Notes: a model not told the origin generated them from the letters alone. A stretch of DNA of 64,000 nucleotides from Marinilabiliaceae bacterium (GCA_036350795.1 JAZBNV010000138.1:4362-68361), one strand, 5' to 3'; positions 9,459-19,177 are shown, counted from the first letter of the stretch. Made by a program: numbers and translations.

Positions 9459-9521
9459 AACGAATAACGGATAACCGATAACGTATAACATTTAACCGAT
9501 AACGTTTAACGTATAACGTAT
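9459..9521 (-). repeat. Degenerate heptad array, 9 x 7 nt; read on the minus strand as GTTA-NNN units
   Basis: The plus strand reads aacgaat aacggat aaccgat aacgtat aacattt aaccgat aacgttt aacgtat aacgtat. On the minus strand it begins 3 nt after the TAG stop (9527..9525) of the phosphosugar mutase gene. Confidence 0.85.
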
Positions 9522-9524
9522 TCC

Positions 9525-11255
9525 CTAATCCAGTCCCAAATCCTTAATTATCGCATCAATACGCTTCCCAAGTTCTGCTTCTTTTGAAGGGAAATCTGAG
9601 ACAGATGCCAGTTCAGTCTTTACGCTGAAGTAATACTTGATCTTGGGCTCTGTACCCGAAGGGCGAACAGAGATCTTGCTGCCATCTTCCAGGAAGAACT
9701 GGAGTACGTTTGATTTCTCCAGCTCCAGATCATATTCCTCACTGCCAGGTAAACTTAAGCCTTTACCTGTAAGGTAGTCATCTATTCTGATAACTTTTGA
9801 GTTATTAATCTTCCGGGGCGGATTCTCCCTGTAAGCTTTCATCAATGCCTCTATTTCTGCAGCACCGTCAACTCCTTTCCTGACAATATTTATAAGCCTC
9901 TCCTTATAAAGACCATATTCTGCATAAATATCTACCAGGAGTTTATAAACAGTTTTATCCTGCGATTTCGCGTAAGCTGCTATTTCAGCCATCAGCGAAC
10001 ATGAGGTAATACTGTCCTTATCCCTGACATAATCGCCGGGGAGGTAACCGAAACTTTCTTCACCACCTCCAATATATTTAAGTCCTTCCTTTTCAAGCTC
10101 CTGCATCAGGCTGGCAAAGTATTTAAAGCCGGTAAGTACATTGTAGCACCTAACATTATTGGCAGCAGCTATATCATCGAAAAGCTGGGATGTAACAATT
10201 GTCTTTATAATATAATGACTGCTGTTCAGTAGCCCTTTTTTCTTCATCTGGCTTATTATGTACCATGTGAGCAGAACCCCGGTCTGGTTACCATTCAGAA
10301 GGATATATTCGCCATCCAGGTCCTTTACAGCAGCCCCGATCCTGTCAGCATCCGGGTCTGTGGCCATTACCAGTTCGGCCCCGGTTTCCCTGGCTTTTTC
10401 GATGGCCATCTTAAAGGCAGCCGGTTCTTCCGGGTTAGGGGATGCCACTGTCGGGAAATTTCCGTCGATAACGTCCTGTTCGGGGACATTTATTACGTTC
10501 CTGAAACCAAAGGCCCTGAGCGAGCATGGAACATGGTAAACACCCGTTCCATGAATAGGGGTATATACTATGGGAATATCTGAGTACTCTTTTATTATTT
10601 CGGGGTTTAGCGAATACTGTGTCCCTGCTTCTATAAATTTTTCATCCATCGACCTTTTTAGAATCTCAATCAGTTTTTTATCCGGGGTGAATTTTATATC
10701 AGAGATACTGAGGCTTCTTACTTCCTGGATAATGTTTTTGTCGTGAGGCGCTGTAACCTGTCCACCATCATCCCAGTAGGCTTTATACCCGTTATATTCG
10801 GGCGGATTATGCGAAGCTGTAATTATTACACCGCTCTTGCATCCAAGTTCCCTTATTACAAACGAGAGTTCAGGTGTTGGCCTGAGATCATCAAAAAGAT
10901 ATACATAGATACCATTTGCAGAAAAAATCTCTGCTGTGATCTCTGCATATAGCCTGCTGTTATTACGGCAATCATGACCAATGGCAACACTGCATTTTTC
11001 GCCCGGGAAGTTTTTCAGGATATAGTTGGCCAGTCCCTGTGTTGCAAGTCCGAGGGTGTACCTGTTCATCCTGTTTGTACCGGCTCCCATTATTCCCCTG
11101 AGTCCGCCTGTACCAAACTCGAGGTCCTTATAAAATGATTCCACCAGTTTTTTTTCATCACCTTCGAGCATCTCCCTGACTTCATTCCTGGTTTGCTCAT
11201 CAAATTCAGCCTGCAGCCATTCGCTGGCTCTTTCCCTAATCTTATTTATATCCAT
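9525..11255 (-). CDS. Phosphoglucomutase/phosphomannomutase-family phosphosugar mutase
   Basis: The active-site loop is TASHNPPEYNGYK. The track start at 11270 is a TTG overlapping rfbD, so I prefer the ATG at 11255 (MDINKIRERASEWL...). Confidence 0.9.
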   Translation of the reverse strand: MDINKIRERASEWLQAEFDEQTRNEVREMLEGDEKKLVESFYKDLEFGTGGLRGIMGAGTNRMNRYTLGLATQGLANYILKNFPGEKCSVAIGHDCRNNSRLYAEITAEIFSANGIYVYLFDDLRPTPELSFVIRELGCKSGVIITASHNPPEYNGYKAYWDDGGQVTAPHDKNIIQEVRSLSISDIKFTPDKKLIEILKRSMDEKFIEAGTQYSLNPEIIKEYSDIPIVYTPIHGTGVYHVPCSLRAFGFRNVINVPEQDVIDGNFPTVASPNPEEPAAFKMAIEKARETGAELVMATDPDADRIGAAVKDLDGEYILLNGNQTGVLLTWYIISQMKKKGLLNSSHYIIKTIVTSQLFDDIAAANNVRCYNVLTGFKYFASLMQELEKEGLKYIGGGEESFGYLPGDYVRDKDSITSCSLMAEIAAYAKSQDKTVYKLLVDIYAEYGLYKERLINIVRKGVDGAAEIEALMKAYRENPPRKINNSKVIRIDDYLTGKGLSLPGSEEYDLELEKSNVLQFFLEDGSKISVRPSGTEPKIKYYFSVKTELASVSDFPSKEAELGKRIDAIIKDLGLD

Positions 11256-11256
11256 T

Positions 11257-12135
11257 TTACTCGCTATCAATTAGTTTTAAACATAAGTCAAGACTATCTT
11301 CCCATCGGGGTATTTTTAGTTTATATCTCTCTATTATTTTATCTTTCGACATAACAGAATAAGCCGGCCTGTATGCCGGAAGCTTATATTCTTCGGTACT
11401 TACCGCATTTATTTTCAGCTTTAATCCTTTCAGTTCCTTTATCTTCATGGCAAATTCGTACCAGCTGCAGGAGCCCAGGTTTGAGTAATGATAGATGCCC
11501 GGAAAGAATGCACCTGTTTCGCTGCCTTCTGCCCTGATTATACTTATAATGGCCTCTGCCAGGTCTGCTGCCCATGTTGGTGTTCCCACCTGGTCGTTCA
11601 CAACACTTATCTCGTCCCTTTCAGCTGCCAGGCGAAGTATGGTTTTTACAAAATTATGCCCGTAGGCCGAATACATCCATGAAGTTCTGATTACCTGGCT
11701 ATTCTTATATTCAAGTGCATATCTTTCGCCTGCAAGTTTTGATTTTGCATACACCGAGCGGGGATCAGGACTATCTTCTTCTGTAAGAAGCCTGTTGCCA
11801 CTACCTGCCAGCACATAATCGGTGGAGATATGAATTAGTTTGCACCTGCTTCCCTCTAATGCACTGGTAATATTTCTTACGGCACCTGCATTCAGGTTTA
11901 TCGCTCCGTCTTCATCATCTTCTGCCCTGTCAACAGCAGTATATGCTGCACAATTAATAAGGTAATCAGGCTGCAGCTCAGAGGTGAATTTTTTAAGGCT
12001 GTCTGCATTACAAATATCAAGTTCCGCCAGGTCGGTAAAGCTAAAAGCAAGCTTGTCGTAATTACCCGACAGTCGTCTTAATTCAGAGCCCAGCTGCCCT
12101 TTTGAACCGGTAACAAGAATTTTGATCTTTTCCAC
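11257..12135 (-). CDS. rfbD: dTDP-4-dehydrorhamnose reductase
   Basis: GTG start. The Rossmann motif is ILVTGSKGQLG and the protein also contains ...ISTDYV...YAKSKLAGE. It lies in an rfbA-rfbC-rfbD arrangement. Confidence 0.9.
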   Translation of the reverse strand: MEKIKILVTGSKGQLGSELRRLSGNYDKLAFSFTDLAELDICNADSLKKFTSELQPDYLINCAAYTAVDRAEDDEDGAINLNAGAVRNITSALEGSRCKLIHISTDYVLAGSGNRLLTEEDSPDPRSVYAKSKLAGERYALEYKNSQVIRTSWMYSAYGHNFVKTILRLAAERDEISVVNDQVGTPTWAADLAEAIISIIRAEGSETGAFFPGIYHYSNLGSCSWYEFAMKIKELKGLKLKINAVSTEEYKLPAYRPAYSVMSKDKIIERYKLKIPRWEDSLDLCLKLIDSE

Positions 12136-12138
12136 CTT

Positions 12139-12687
12139 CTAGAAATTCATTTCTGCATCCTTAAACAGGGGATTATTCTTATCCTTGCTGCTGATAATCT
12201 CTTCATCCCTTTTTATTTTCCAGTCGATTGCGAGACCGGGATCGTTGTACCTGATTCCTCTTTCCAGTTCAGGACTGTAAAGGTTGTCGCACTTATAATT
12301 AATAATCGCTTTGTTACTGAGCACGGAAAAGCCGTGAGCAAATCCACGCGGTATAAAAAACTGGCGTTTATTATTTGAATTAATAATAGTCCCGTATGTT
12401 TTTCCAAATGTGGGCGAACCTTTCCTCAGATCGAGCGCTATATCAAATATTTCTCCTTCAACCACCCTTATAAGTTTTGCCTGTGCAGCGGGATTTAACT
12501 GGTAATGCAGTCCTCTTATTACGCCCCTGCACGATTGCGATTCATTGTCCTGGACCGGGTAAAAACTGATCCCCATGCTGTTAAACTTTTCCTGGTTGTA
12601 CGATTCAAAGAAGTAGCCTCTTGCATCTTCAAATACAGGTGGTTCAATAATAAATAAGTCCTTAAATCCGGTCTCAATAATTTTCAT
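12139..12687 (-). CDS. rfbC: dTDP-4-dehydrorhamnose 3,5-epimerase
   Basis: 182 aa. Diagnostic segments are FEDARGYFFESY, RGLHYQ and FIPRGFAHGF. Confidence 0.92.
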   Translation of the reverse strand: MKIIETGFKDLFIIEPPVFEDARGYFFESYNQEKFNSMGISFYPVQDNESQSCRGVIRGLHYQLNPAAQAKLIRVVEGEIFDIALDLRKGSPTFGKTYGTIINSNNKRQFFIPRGFAHGFSVLSNKAIINYKCDNLYSPELERGIRYNDPGLAIDWKIKRDEEIISSKDKNNPLFKDAEMNF

Positions 12688-13589
12688 TAATTGCCTGGTT
12701 TAGTGTTATCAGAAGGTAACATACGGTCGTGGGCAATACTCCGGAGATAATTCCCGTACTGACTTTTTCCCAGCTCATCGGCCCTTTTCAGAAGCTGCTC
12801 CCTGTTAATAAATCCTCTTATATATGCTATTTCCTCAATACATGATGCTTTCAGTCCCTGTCTCTGTTCGAGTGTGGCAATAAAGTTCGAGGCCTGCAGC
12901 AGGCTGTCATGAGTCCCGGTATCAAGCCATGCCATTCCCCTGCCAAGAAGTTTTACTTCCAGCCTGCCTTCTTCGAGGTAAATTTTATTAAGGTCGGTAA
13001 TTTCCAGCTCGCCCCGTGCCGAAGGTTTTAAAGATTTTGCCTTGCCAACCACATCGTTACCATAAAAATACAGCCCTGTAACTGCATAGGAGGATTTAGG
13101 TGACAAGGGCTTTTCTTCCAGGCTCAGTACTTTCCTGTTCTTATCAAACTCAACAACACCGTATCTTTCGGGATCGGTTACGTAGTATCCGAATACACAG
13201 GCTCCCTCTTTAAGCTTTGCAGTATCAAGAAGCAGGTCACCAAAACCATGGCCATAAAAAATATTATCGCCAAGTATCATGCAGACAGCTTCATTTCCTA
13301 TAAATTCTTCTCCTATTATAAATGCCTGGGCCAGTCCTTCAGGATCAGGCTGAATGGCATAAGTAAACTTAACTCCAAGATCACTGCCATCACCAAGGAG
13401 GTCTTCAAACACACCTATATCCCTTGGTGTTGAAATAACAAGAATATCCCTTATTCCTGCCAGGAGAAGTACTGAGAGCGGGTAATAAATCATTGGCTTA
13501 TCATAAACCGGCAGAATTTGCTTCGAGATTGCATGGGTTACAGGGTGGAGTCGTGAGCCGGATCCGCCGGCCAGAATAATGCCTTTCAT
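12687..13589 (-). CDS. rfbA: Glucose-1-phosphate thymidylyltransferase
   Basis: [18 protein letters not shown]...[17 protein letters not shown]. The stop overlaps the rfbC start by 1 nt. Confidence 0.93.
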   Translation of the reverse strand: MKGIILAGGSGSRLHPVTHAISKQILPVYDKPMIYYPLSVLLLAGIRDILVISTPRDIGVFEDLLGDGSDLGVKFTYAIQPDPEGLAQAFIIGEEFIGNEAVCMILGDNIFYGHGFGDLLLDTAKLKEGACVFGYYVTDPERYGVVEFDKNRKVLSLEEKPLSPKSSYAVTGLYFYGNDVVGKAKSLKPSARGELEITDLNKIYLEEGRLEVKLLGRGMAWLDTGTHDSLLQASNFIATLEQRQGLKASCIEEIAYIRGFINREQLLKRADELGKSQYGNYLRSIAHDRMLPSDNTKPGN

Positions 13590-13857
13590 TCTTTATTGTG
13601 TTTTATATGCAGTTCTTTTTCAATGTTCTGTTGCTTACAGGGGAGGTGGTTCCAGGATATTTCAGCAGCCCCCATAAACAATACCTTTTCATTTCCGGGA
13701 AATAATAAGCAAATATAAATATAATACTACTAAGGATAAACAGTGCCCGGTGAAACTTGAAGAATATGTCCTGGTCCCCACAGGTAAAATGCAGTAACAA
13801 CGCAGGTTTTATGACTATTTAGAACTCTAAATATTAGGTTAATAGAGATAAAATAAT

Positions 13858-13865
13858 TATTTTTG
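13858..13865 (+). promoter_or_regulatory. Candidate Bacteroidota -7 promoter element (TAnnTTTG) upstream of rpsA
   Basis: TATTTTTG lies 62 nt upstream of the rpsA ATG, inside a 337-nt AT-rich divergent intergenic region. Confidence 0.4.
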
Positions 13866-13926
13866 CACTCAATTTTTATCAATATATTGTCTAACTTATT
13901 AATTACTAGATTATTTAACAAAGATT

Positions 13927-16221
13927 ATGTCTGAAAAAACAGAAAAATCAACCACTAATGAAAAGGTTGAAAAAGCAGAAAACACAGAGGTTTCCAATAC
14001 CACTGTAAATGAACCAACAGCTGATACAAAACTTAATGATGATCAGCCTGATGAAGAGCCTGTAGCAGAAAAGGCTGAAGAAGTTAAGGCCGAAGTTTCA
14101 GAGGCCGAAAAGATTGAAGAAGTAAAGAAAGAAGAACAGGCTGAGGTAGCAGAGGAGCCTGTAGCCGAAAAGACAGAAGAAGTTAAGGCAGAAGAGCCAG
14201 AAGCCGGGAAGGCTGAAGAGCTTAAGGACGAAGAACCGGTAGCCGAAGTAGCTGAAGAACCGGTAGCTGAAGTAGCCGAAGAACCGCTGGCCGAAGTTGC
14301 CGAAGAACCGGCAGCCGAAAAGGCTGAAGAGCTAAAAGAAGAGCTGACTGAAAAAGCGGAAGCTGAAAAGCCGGTTTCAGAGGTCAAAGCTGAAGCAAAG
14401 AAAGAAACAAAAGCTGAGGTACAATATCATGAAGCCTCTCTTGAAGAATTTGACTGGGACGCATTTGAGTCTGAGGACAGTGATCACTCACCAAAAAAGA
14501 AAGAGTACGAGGCAATGTACGATGAGACTCTTTCTACAATTGCTGTTGACGAGGTTGTTGACGGTACGGTTATTTCTCTTAATTCAAGGGAAGTTGTAAT
14601 TAATATTGGTTACAAATCAGAGGGTGTTGTGAGCCTGAACGAATTCAGGTATAATCCTGAGCTTAAGGCAGGTGATACCGTTGAGGTTTATGTTGAGAGC
14701 CAGGAAGACAAAAGGGGACAGTTAATTCTGTCGCACAAAAGAGCCAGAGCACTTAAATCATGGGACAGGGTAAATTCAGCTCTCGACCAGGATGAAATAA
14801 TCAAGGGCTACATCAAGTGCCGTACAAAAGGTGGTATGATAGTAGACGTATTCGGAATAGAGGCCTTCCTGCCTGGTTCACAAATCGATGTTAAACCAAT
14901 ACGCGACTACGATATTTTTGTTGGTAAGACAATGGAATTCAAGGTGGTTAAGATTAACCACGAATTTAAGAACGTTGTTGTATCTCATAAAGCTCTTATC
15001 GAGGCTGAACTTGAATCTCAGAAGAAAGATATTATTGCCAAGCTGGAAAAGGGACAGGTACTTGAGGGAACAGTAAAGAACATTACTTCCTACGGTGTAT
15101 TTATTGACCTTGGTGGTGTAGATGGCCTGATCCATATTACAGATCTCTCATGGGGCAGGGTAAATCATCCCGACGAAATTGTGCAGCTTGACCAGAAACT
15201 TAACGTTGTAATTCTCGATTTCGACGACGATAAGAAGAGAATTGCCTTGGGTCTTAAGCAGCTAACATCACATCCATGGGATTCACTTGACGAAAACCTT
15301 AAGGTTGGTGATACAGTTAAAGGTAAAGTTGTAGTTATGGCCGATTACGGTGCTTTTGTAGAGATTGCAGCCGGCGTTGAAGGTCTTATCCACGTTTCGG
15401 AAATGTCCTGGTCGCAGCACCTCAGGTCAGCCCAGGAGTTTATGAATGTTAATGACGAGGTTGAAGCAGTTATCCTGACCCTCGATCGTGAGCAGCGTAA
15501 GATGTCACTTGGAATAAAGCAACTTAAGACGGATCCATGGGAAAAGATCGACGAAAAATACTCTGCAGGTTCGAAACATTCAGCCAGGGTAAGGAACTTT
15601 ACAAACTTTGGTGTTTTTGTTGAGATAGAAGAAGGAGTAGATGGTCTTATTCATATCTCAGACCTTTCGTGGACCAAAAAGATTAAGCATCCTGCTGAAT
15701 TTACTTCAATAGATGCTGAGATTGAAGTTGTTGTGCTTGAAATAGATAAGGAAAACCGCAGGCTGAGCCTGGGTCACAAACAACTTGAAGAGAATCCGTG
15801 GGATGTATTTGAGGATATGTTTGCAGTTGACTCAATACATGAAGGTACAATAACTGACCTTTTTGATAAGGGTGCCGTAGTTGCACTTCAGTACGGAGTT
15901 GAAGGCTTTGTAACACCAAAACACCTTGTTAAGGAAGACGGAACATCAGGTAAAATTGATGAGAAACTCCAGTTTAAGGTAATTGAGTTTAATAAGTCAG
16001 CCAAGAAAATTATTCTTTCTCACAGCAGGATTTTCGAAGACGAAAAACGCAATTCTGATGATAAGACCAGGAAGTCGGCAAGCAGGGAAACCAAGCAGGC
16101 AACGAAGAAGATTAAATCAAATCTTGAGAAAACAACCCTTGGCGATATAACAGACCTTGCAGCTCTGAAAGAAGAAATGGAAGAAAATGAAAATAAAGCT
16201 TCCAAGTCTAAGAAAAAATAA
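13927..16221 (+). CDS. rpsA: 30S ribosomal protein S1 with a long acidic N-terminal extension and a Lys-rich tail
   Basis: From about residue 170 (EEFDWDAF...) the protein is near-collinear with Bacteroides S1 as I recall it, with six S1 domains. No in-frame ATG lies between codon 1 and the conserved core. Confidence 0.92.
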   Translation: MSEKTEKSTTNEKVEKAENTEVSNTTVNEPTADTKLNDDQPDEEPVAEKAEEVKAEVSEAEKIEEVKKEEQAEVAEEPVAEKTEEVKAEEPEAGKAEELKDEEPVAEVAEEPVAEVAEEPLAEVAEEPAAEKAEELKEELTEKAEAEKPVSEVKAEAKKETKAEVQYHEASLEEFDWDAFESEDSDHSPKKKEYEAMYDETLSTIAVDEVVDGTVISLNSREVVINIGYKSEGVVSLNEFRYNPELKAGDTVEVYVESQEDKRGQLILSHKRARALKSWDRVNSALDQDEIIKGYIKCRTKGGMIVDVFGIEAFLPGSQIDVKPIRDYDIFVGKTMEFKVVKINHEFKNVVVSHKALIEAELESQKKDIIAKLEKGQVLEGTVKNITSYGVFIDLGGVDGLIHITDLSWGRVNHPDEIVQLDQKLNVVILDFDDDKKRIALGLKQLTSHPWDSLDENLKVGDTVKGKVVVMADYGAFVEIAAGVEGLIHVSEMSWSQHLRSAQEFMNVNDEVEAVILTLDREQRKMSLGIKQLKTDPWEKIDEKYSAGSKHSARVRNFTNFGVFVEIEEGVDGLIHISDLSWTKKIKHPAEFTSIDAEIEVVVLEIDKENRRLSLGHKQLEENPWDVFEDMFAVDSIHEGTITDLFDKGAVVALQYGVEGFVTPKHLVKEDGTSGKIDEKLQFKVIEFNKSAKKIILSHSRIFEDEKRNSDDKTRKSASRETKQATKKIKSNLEKTTLGDITDLAALKEEMEENENKASKSKKK
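14230..14325 (+). repeat. In-frame 24-nt tandem repeat x4 (EEPVAEVA units) inside the rpsA 5' extension
   Basis: The four units are gaagaaccggtagccgaagtagct, gaagaaccggtagctgaagtagcc, gaagaaccgctggccgaagttgcc and gaagaaccggcagccgaaaaggct. Confidence 0.9.
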
Positions 16222-16256
16222 TTAATTTAGGGCTACTAAACAATAAAGTCTTTGCC

Positions 16257-16598
16257 ATGGATTTTAATATTGAGAACCGAAATAACAGTACACTCATTCA
16301 GGTACAGTCAGAGAAACTGGATACGCATATTGCACCATCTTTGAAGTCTGAACTTGTGCTGGTTTCAGGTAAGGGGGAAAAGAACATTATTCTCGACCTG
16401 GAACAATGTCAGTATTGCGATTCTTCAGGACTCAGTGCAATTTTGGTAGCAAACAGGTTGTGTAAGAATGCCGGAGGAACTTTTGTTCTGTGTGGCTTGA
16501 ATGATGCAGTTGAAAGGCTGATTACAATATCCCAGCTTGATACCGTATTGAATATTACCAGTACAGTTGATGATGCACTCCGTCTAATTTCGCAGTAG
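16257..16598 (+). CDS. STAS-domain protein (anti-sigma-factor antagonist, SpoIIAA-like)
   Basis: 113 aa. It carries a conserved DSSGLS loop (S56/S57). Confidence 0.8.
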   Translation: MDFNIENRNNSTLIQVQSEKLDTHIAPSLKSELVLVSGKGEKNIILDLEQCQYCDSSGLSAILVANRLCKNAGGTFVLCGLNDAVERLITISQLDTVLNITSTVDDALRLISQ

Positions 16599-16605
16599 AA
16601 GAGGC

Positions 16606-17517
16606 GTGGTATTTGAAGTTACCGTTCTGGGCAGCAGTTCTGCCTTACCCACCTCTCAACGATATACTTCCGCTCATGTGATTAATTCGCATGAGCGGTT
16701 TTTTTTAATTGACTGTGGTGAGGGTACCCAGATGCAACTGCGCCGCAACAGGATAAGGATAGGAAAGATTCATAATATCTTTATCAGCCACACCCATGGC
16801 GATCATGTATTCGGGCTTTACGGCCTGCTTTCAAGCTATAATATGATGGGGAGATCAGAAACGCTGAACCTCTATGCGCCACAGGCATTTGAACCGCTAA
16901 TAAGTCAGCATCTGAGCGATTTCGATATACATCTTAATTTCGAACTTAATTTCGTGGCACTTCAGGGCAGCCATCCTTCAATGATCTTTGAGGACAGGCA
17001 CATTACAGTTACATCTATTCCCCTTAAACACCGGGTACCCTGCTACGGCTTCCTGTTCAGGGAAAAGATGAAAGACAGGAATGTGAAAAAGCATCTTATA
17101 AAAGAATATAATCTTGGACTGAAAGAAATAGTTGCTCTTAAAAAAGGCGAAGACCTGGTAAGCAAAAGCGGAGCGGCAATCAAAAACGAAGAGCTTACTA
17201 CCGATCCGCCGGAACCAAGGTCGTATGCTTATATCAGTGACACCGGATATTTGCCCGGTCTGGCTGATATAATAAGGGGCGTAAAGCTGCTCTACCATGA
17301 GGCTACCTTTGCTGATGATCATATGGACCTGGCCGCTAAAACCGGACACTCCACCGCATCGCAGGCAGCTAGCATAGCACGGGATGCCGGTGCAGAAAGG
17401 CTTTTAATAGGTCATTTCTCTGCCAGGTACAGAAATGTGGATGTTCTGCTACAAGAAGCTCGGGAGCTTTTCGAAAACACTATCGCCGCTGAGGATAATT
17501 TAACCATTGCGCTTTGA
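16606..17517 (+). CDS. rnz: Ribonuclease Z
   Basis: GTG start. VLGSSSALPT, the metallo-beta-lactamase motif HTHGDH and GHFSARY are present. Confidence 0.9.
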   Translation: MVFEVTVLGSSSALPTSQRYTSAHVINSHERFFLIDCGEGTQMQLRRNRIRIGKIHNIFISHTHGDHVFGLYGLLSSYNMMGRSETLNLYAPQAFEPLISQHLSDFDIHLNFELNFVALQGSHPSMIFEDRHITVTSIPLKHRVPCYGFLFREKMKDRNVKKHLIKEYNLGLKEIVALKKGEDLVSKSGAAIKNEELTTDPPEPRSYAYISDTGYLPGLADIIRGVKLLYHEATFADDHMDLAAKTGHSTASQAASIARDAGAERLLIGHFSARYRNVDVLLQEARELFENTIAAEDNLTIAL

Positions 17518-17546
17518 ATTCACACTTTACGATACAAAAGATTGGT

Positions 17547-17554
17547 TATCTTTG
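17547..17554 (+). promoter_or_regulatory. Candidate -7 promoter element (TAnnTTTG) upstream of guaA
   Basis: TATCTTTG lies 28 nt upstream of the guaA GTG start. Confidence 0.4.
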
Positions 17555-17581
17555 CCACAATAATCAAAAAACAATCCCATC

Positions 17582-19111
17582 GTGCAGGAAAAGATATTGA
17601 TCCTTGATTTTGGTTCTCAATATACACAATTGATTGCCAGAAGAATAAGAGAGTTGAATGTATATTGTGAGATTCATCCCTTTAATAAATTTCCTGCACC
17701 TGATGACAGTGTAAAGGGAGTGATACTTTCCGGCAGTCCTTTTTCTGTGAGAGACAGGGAAGCTCCCTACCCCGATTTAGATACAATAAAAGGAAATCTT
17801 CCCCTGCTGGGCGTTTGCTATGGTGCCCAGCACCTTGCCCATAATTATGGCGGAGAGGTTCTCCCCTCGAATACCAGGGAATATGGAAGGGCTAACATGG
17901 TTTTTGTGGACCATAGTAATCAACTGTTTAAGGGAGTGCCCGAAAAAACACAGGTATGGATGTCGCACGGCGACACTATAGCAAGCATTCCGGATAACTA
18001 CGAGATAATAGGCTCTACCAGTGATGTAAAAATAGGAGCCTATCATATTAAGGGAGAAGAAACATGGGGAATACAGTTTCATCCCGAGGTTTACCACACT
18101 CAGGAAGGTAAGAAGATACTGCAGAATTTTGTTGTAAATATTTGTGCCTGCTCACAGAGCTGGACTCCTGATTCTTTTGTTGAGACAACAGTAAAGGAAC
18201 TGCGTGAAAAACTGGGCAACGACAGGGTGGTGCTCGGACTTTCGGGTGGAGTCGATTCATCGGTGGCTGCAATACTTTTAAATAAAGCTATCGGAAATAA
18301 CCTGACCTGTATATTTGTCGATAATGGCTTATTGCGTAAAAACGAATTTGAGGCTGTCCTGGAATCATACCTTGGACTGGGGCTGAATGTAAAAGGAGTA
18401 AATGCTGCAGACCGCTTTCTCGATGAATTAAAGGGAGTATCTGAACCCGAAGCCAAGCGTAAAATCATAGGAAGGGTATTTATAGAGGTTTTTGATGAGG
18501 AAGCTCATCATGTTAAGGATGTTAAATGGCTGGCTCAGGGAACAATCTATCCTGATGTAATAGAATCTGTTTCGGTAAACGGACCCTCTGCTACAATTAA
18601 GTCGCATCACAATGTTGGTGGCCTCCCTGAAAAAATGCATCTGCAGGTGGTGGAACCCTTAAAATTGCTCTTCAAAGATGAAGTAAGGCGTGTTGGCGCG
18701 GCTATGGATATGCCGGATAAAATACTGAAAAGGCATCCCTTCCCCGGTCCTGGGCTTGGAATCAGAATACTGGGTGATATTACCCGGGAAAAGGTACGGA
18801 TTTTGCAGGAAGCGGATTATATCTATATCGAGGGACTAAAAAAACATGGTTTGTATGATAAGGTATGGCAGGCAGGTGTTATACTGCTGCCTGTTCAGTC
18901 GGTAGGTGTAATGGGAGATGAGAGAACATACGAAAATGCCGTTGTCCTGAGGGCAGTAGGGTCGACAGACGGAATGACGGCCGACTGGTCGCACCTTCCT
19001 TATGATTTCCTGGGACAGGTGTCGAACGAAATAATTAATAAGGTAAGAGGAATAAACAGGGTGGTTTTTGATATAAGCTCCAAACCGCCCGCAACTATAG
19101 AGTGGGAGTAG
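17582..19111 (+). CDS. guaA: GMP synthase (glutamine-hydrolysing)
   Basis: GTG start. [27 protein letters not shown], the [10 protein letters not shown]-loop and the C-terminal ...PPATIEWE are present. Confidence 0.95.
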   Translation: MQEKILILDFGSQYTQLIARRIRELNVYCEIHPFNKFPAPDDSVKGVILSGSPFSVRDREAPYPDLDTIKGNLPLLGVCYGAQHLAHNYGGEVLPSNTREYGRANMVFVDHSNQLFKGVPEKTQVWMSHGDTIASIPDNYEIIGSTSDVKIGAYHIKGEETWGIQFHPEVYHTQEGKKILQNFVVNICACSQSWTPDSFVETTVKELREKLGNDRVVLGLSGGVDSSVAAILLNKAIGNNLTCIFVDNGLLRKNEFEAVLESYLGLGLNVKGVNAADRFLDELKGVSEPEAKRKIIGRVFIEVFDEEAHHVKDVKWLAQGTIYPDVIESVSVNGPSATIKSHHNVGGLPEKMHLQVVEPLKLLFKDEVRRVGAAMDMPDKILKRHPFPGPGLGIRILGDITREKVRILQEADYIYIEGLKKHGLYDKVWQAGVILLPVQSVGVMGDERTYENAVVLRAVGSTDGMTADWSHLPYDFLGQVSNEIINKVRGINRVVFDISSKPPATIEWE

Positions 19112-19174
19112 GTTAAACGTTAAAGGTTAAAGGTTAAAGGTTAAAGGTTAAAGGTTAAAGGTTAAGAGTTAAGA
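19112..19174 (+). repeat. Near-perfect heptad tandem repeat, 9 x 7 nt (GTTAAAG)
   Basis: The array reads gttaaac, then gttaaag x6, then gttaaga x2. It starts on the nucleotide after the guaA TAG stop and ends 3 nt before the ATG of the S41 protease gene. Confidence 0.95.
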
Positions 19175-19177
19175 TAA

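Noticed and set aside
14043-14387. 114-aa Ser-rich ORF antisense to the rpsA acidic repeat, together with the many other 60-140-aa ORFs nested in or antisense to long conserved genes. Examples are 479-791, 2047-3172 (minus), 6654-8918, 10258-10952, 17777-18640, 23463-26120 (plus), 38812-40809 and 45349-49016.
   Set aside because: These ORFs lie wholly inside or opposite genes with strong family signatures. Their low-complexity or repeat-mirrored composition is what the complement of the real reading frame would produce, and they have no independent start context.
19112-19174. A CRISPR array or other spacer-containing repeat.
   Set aside because: The units are contiguous 7-mers with no spacers, and there are no cas genes in the window.
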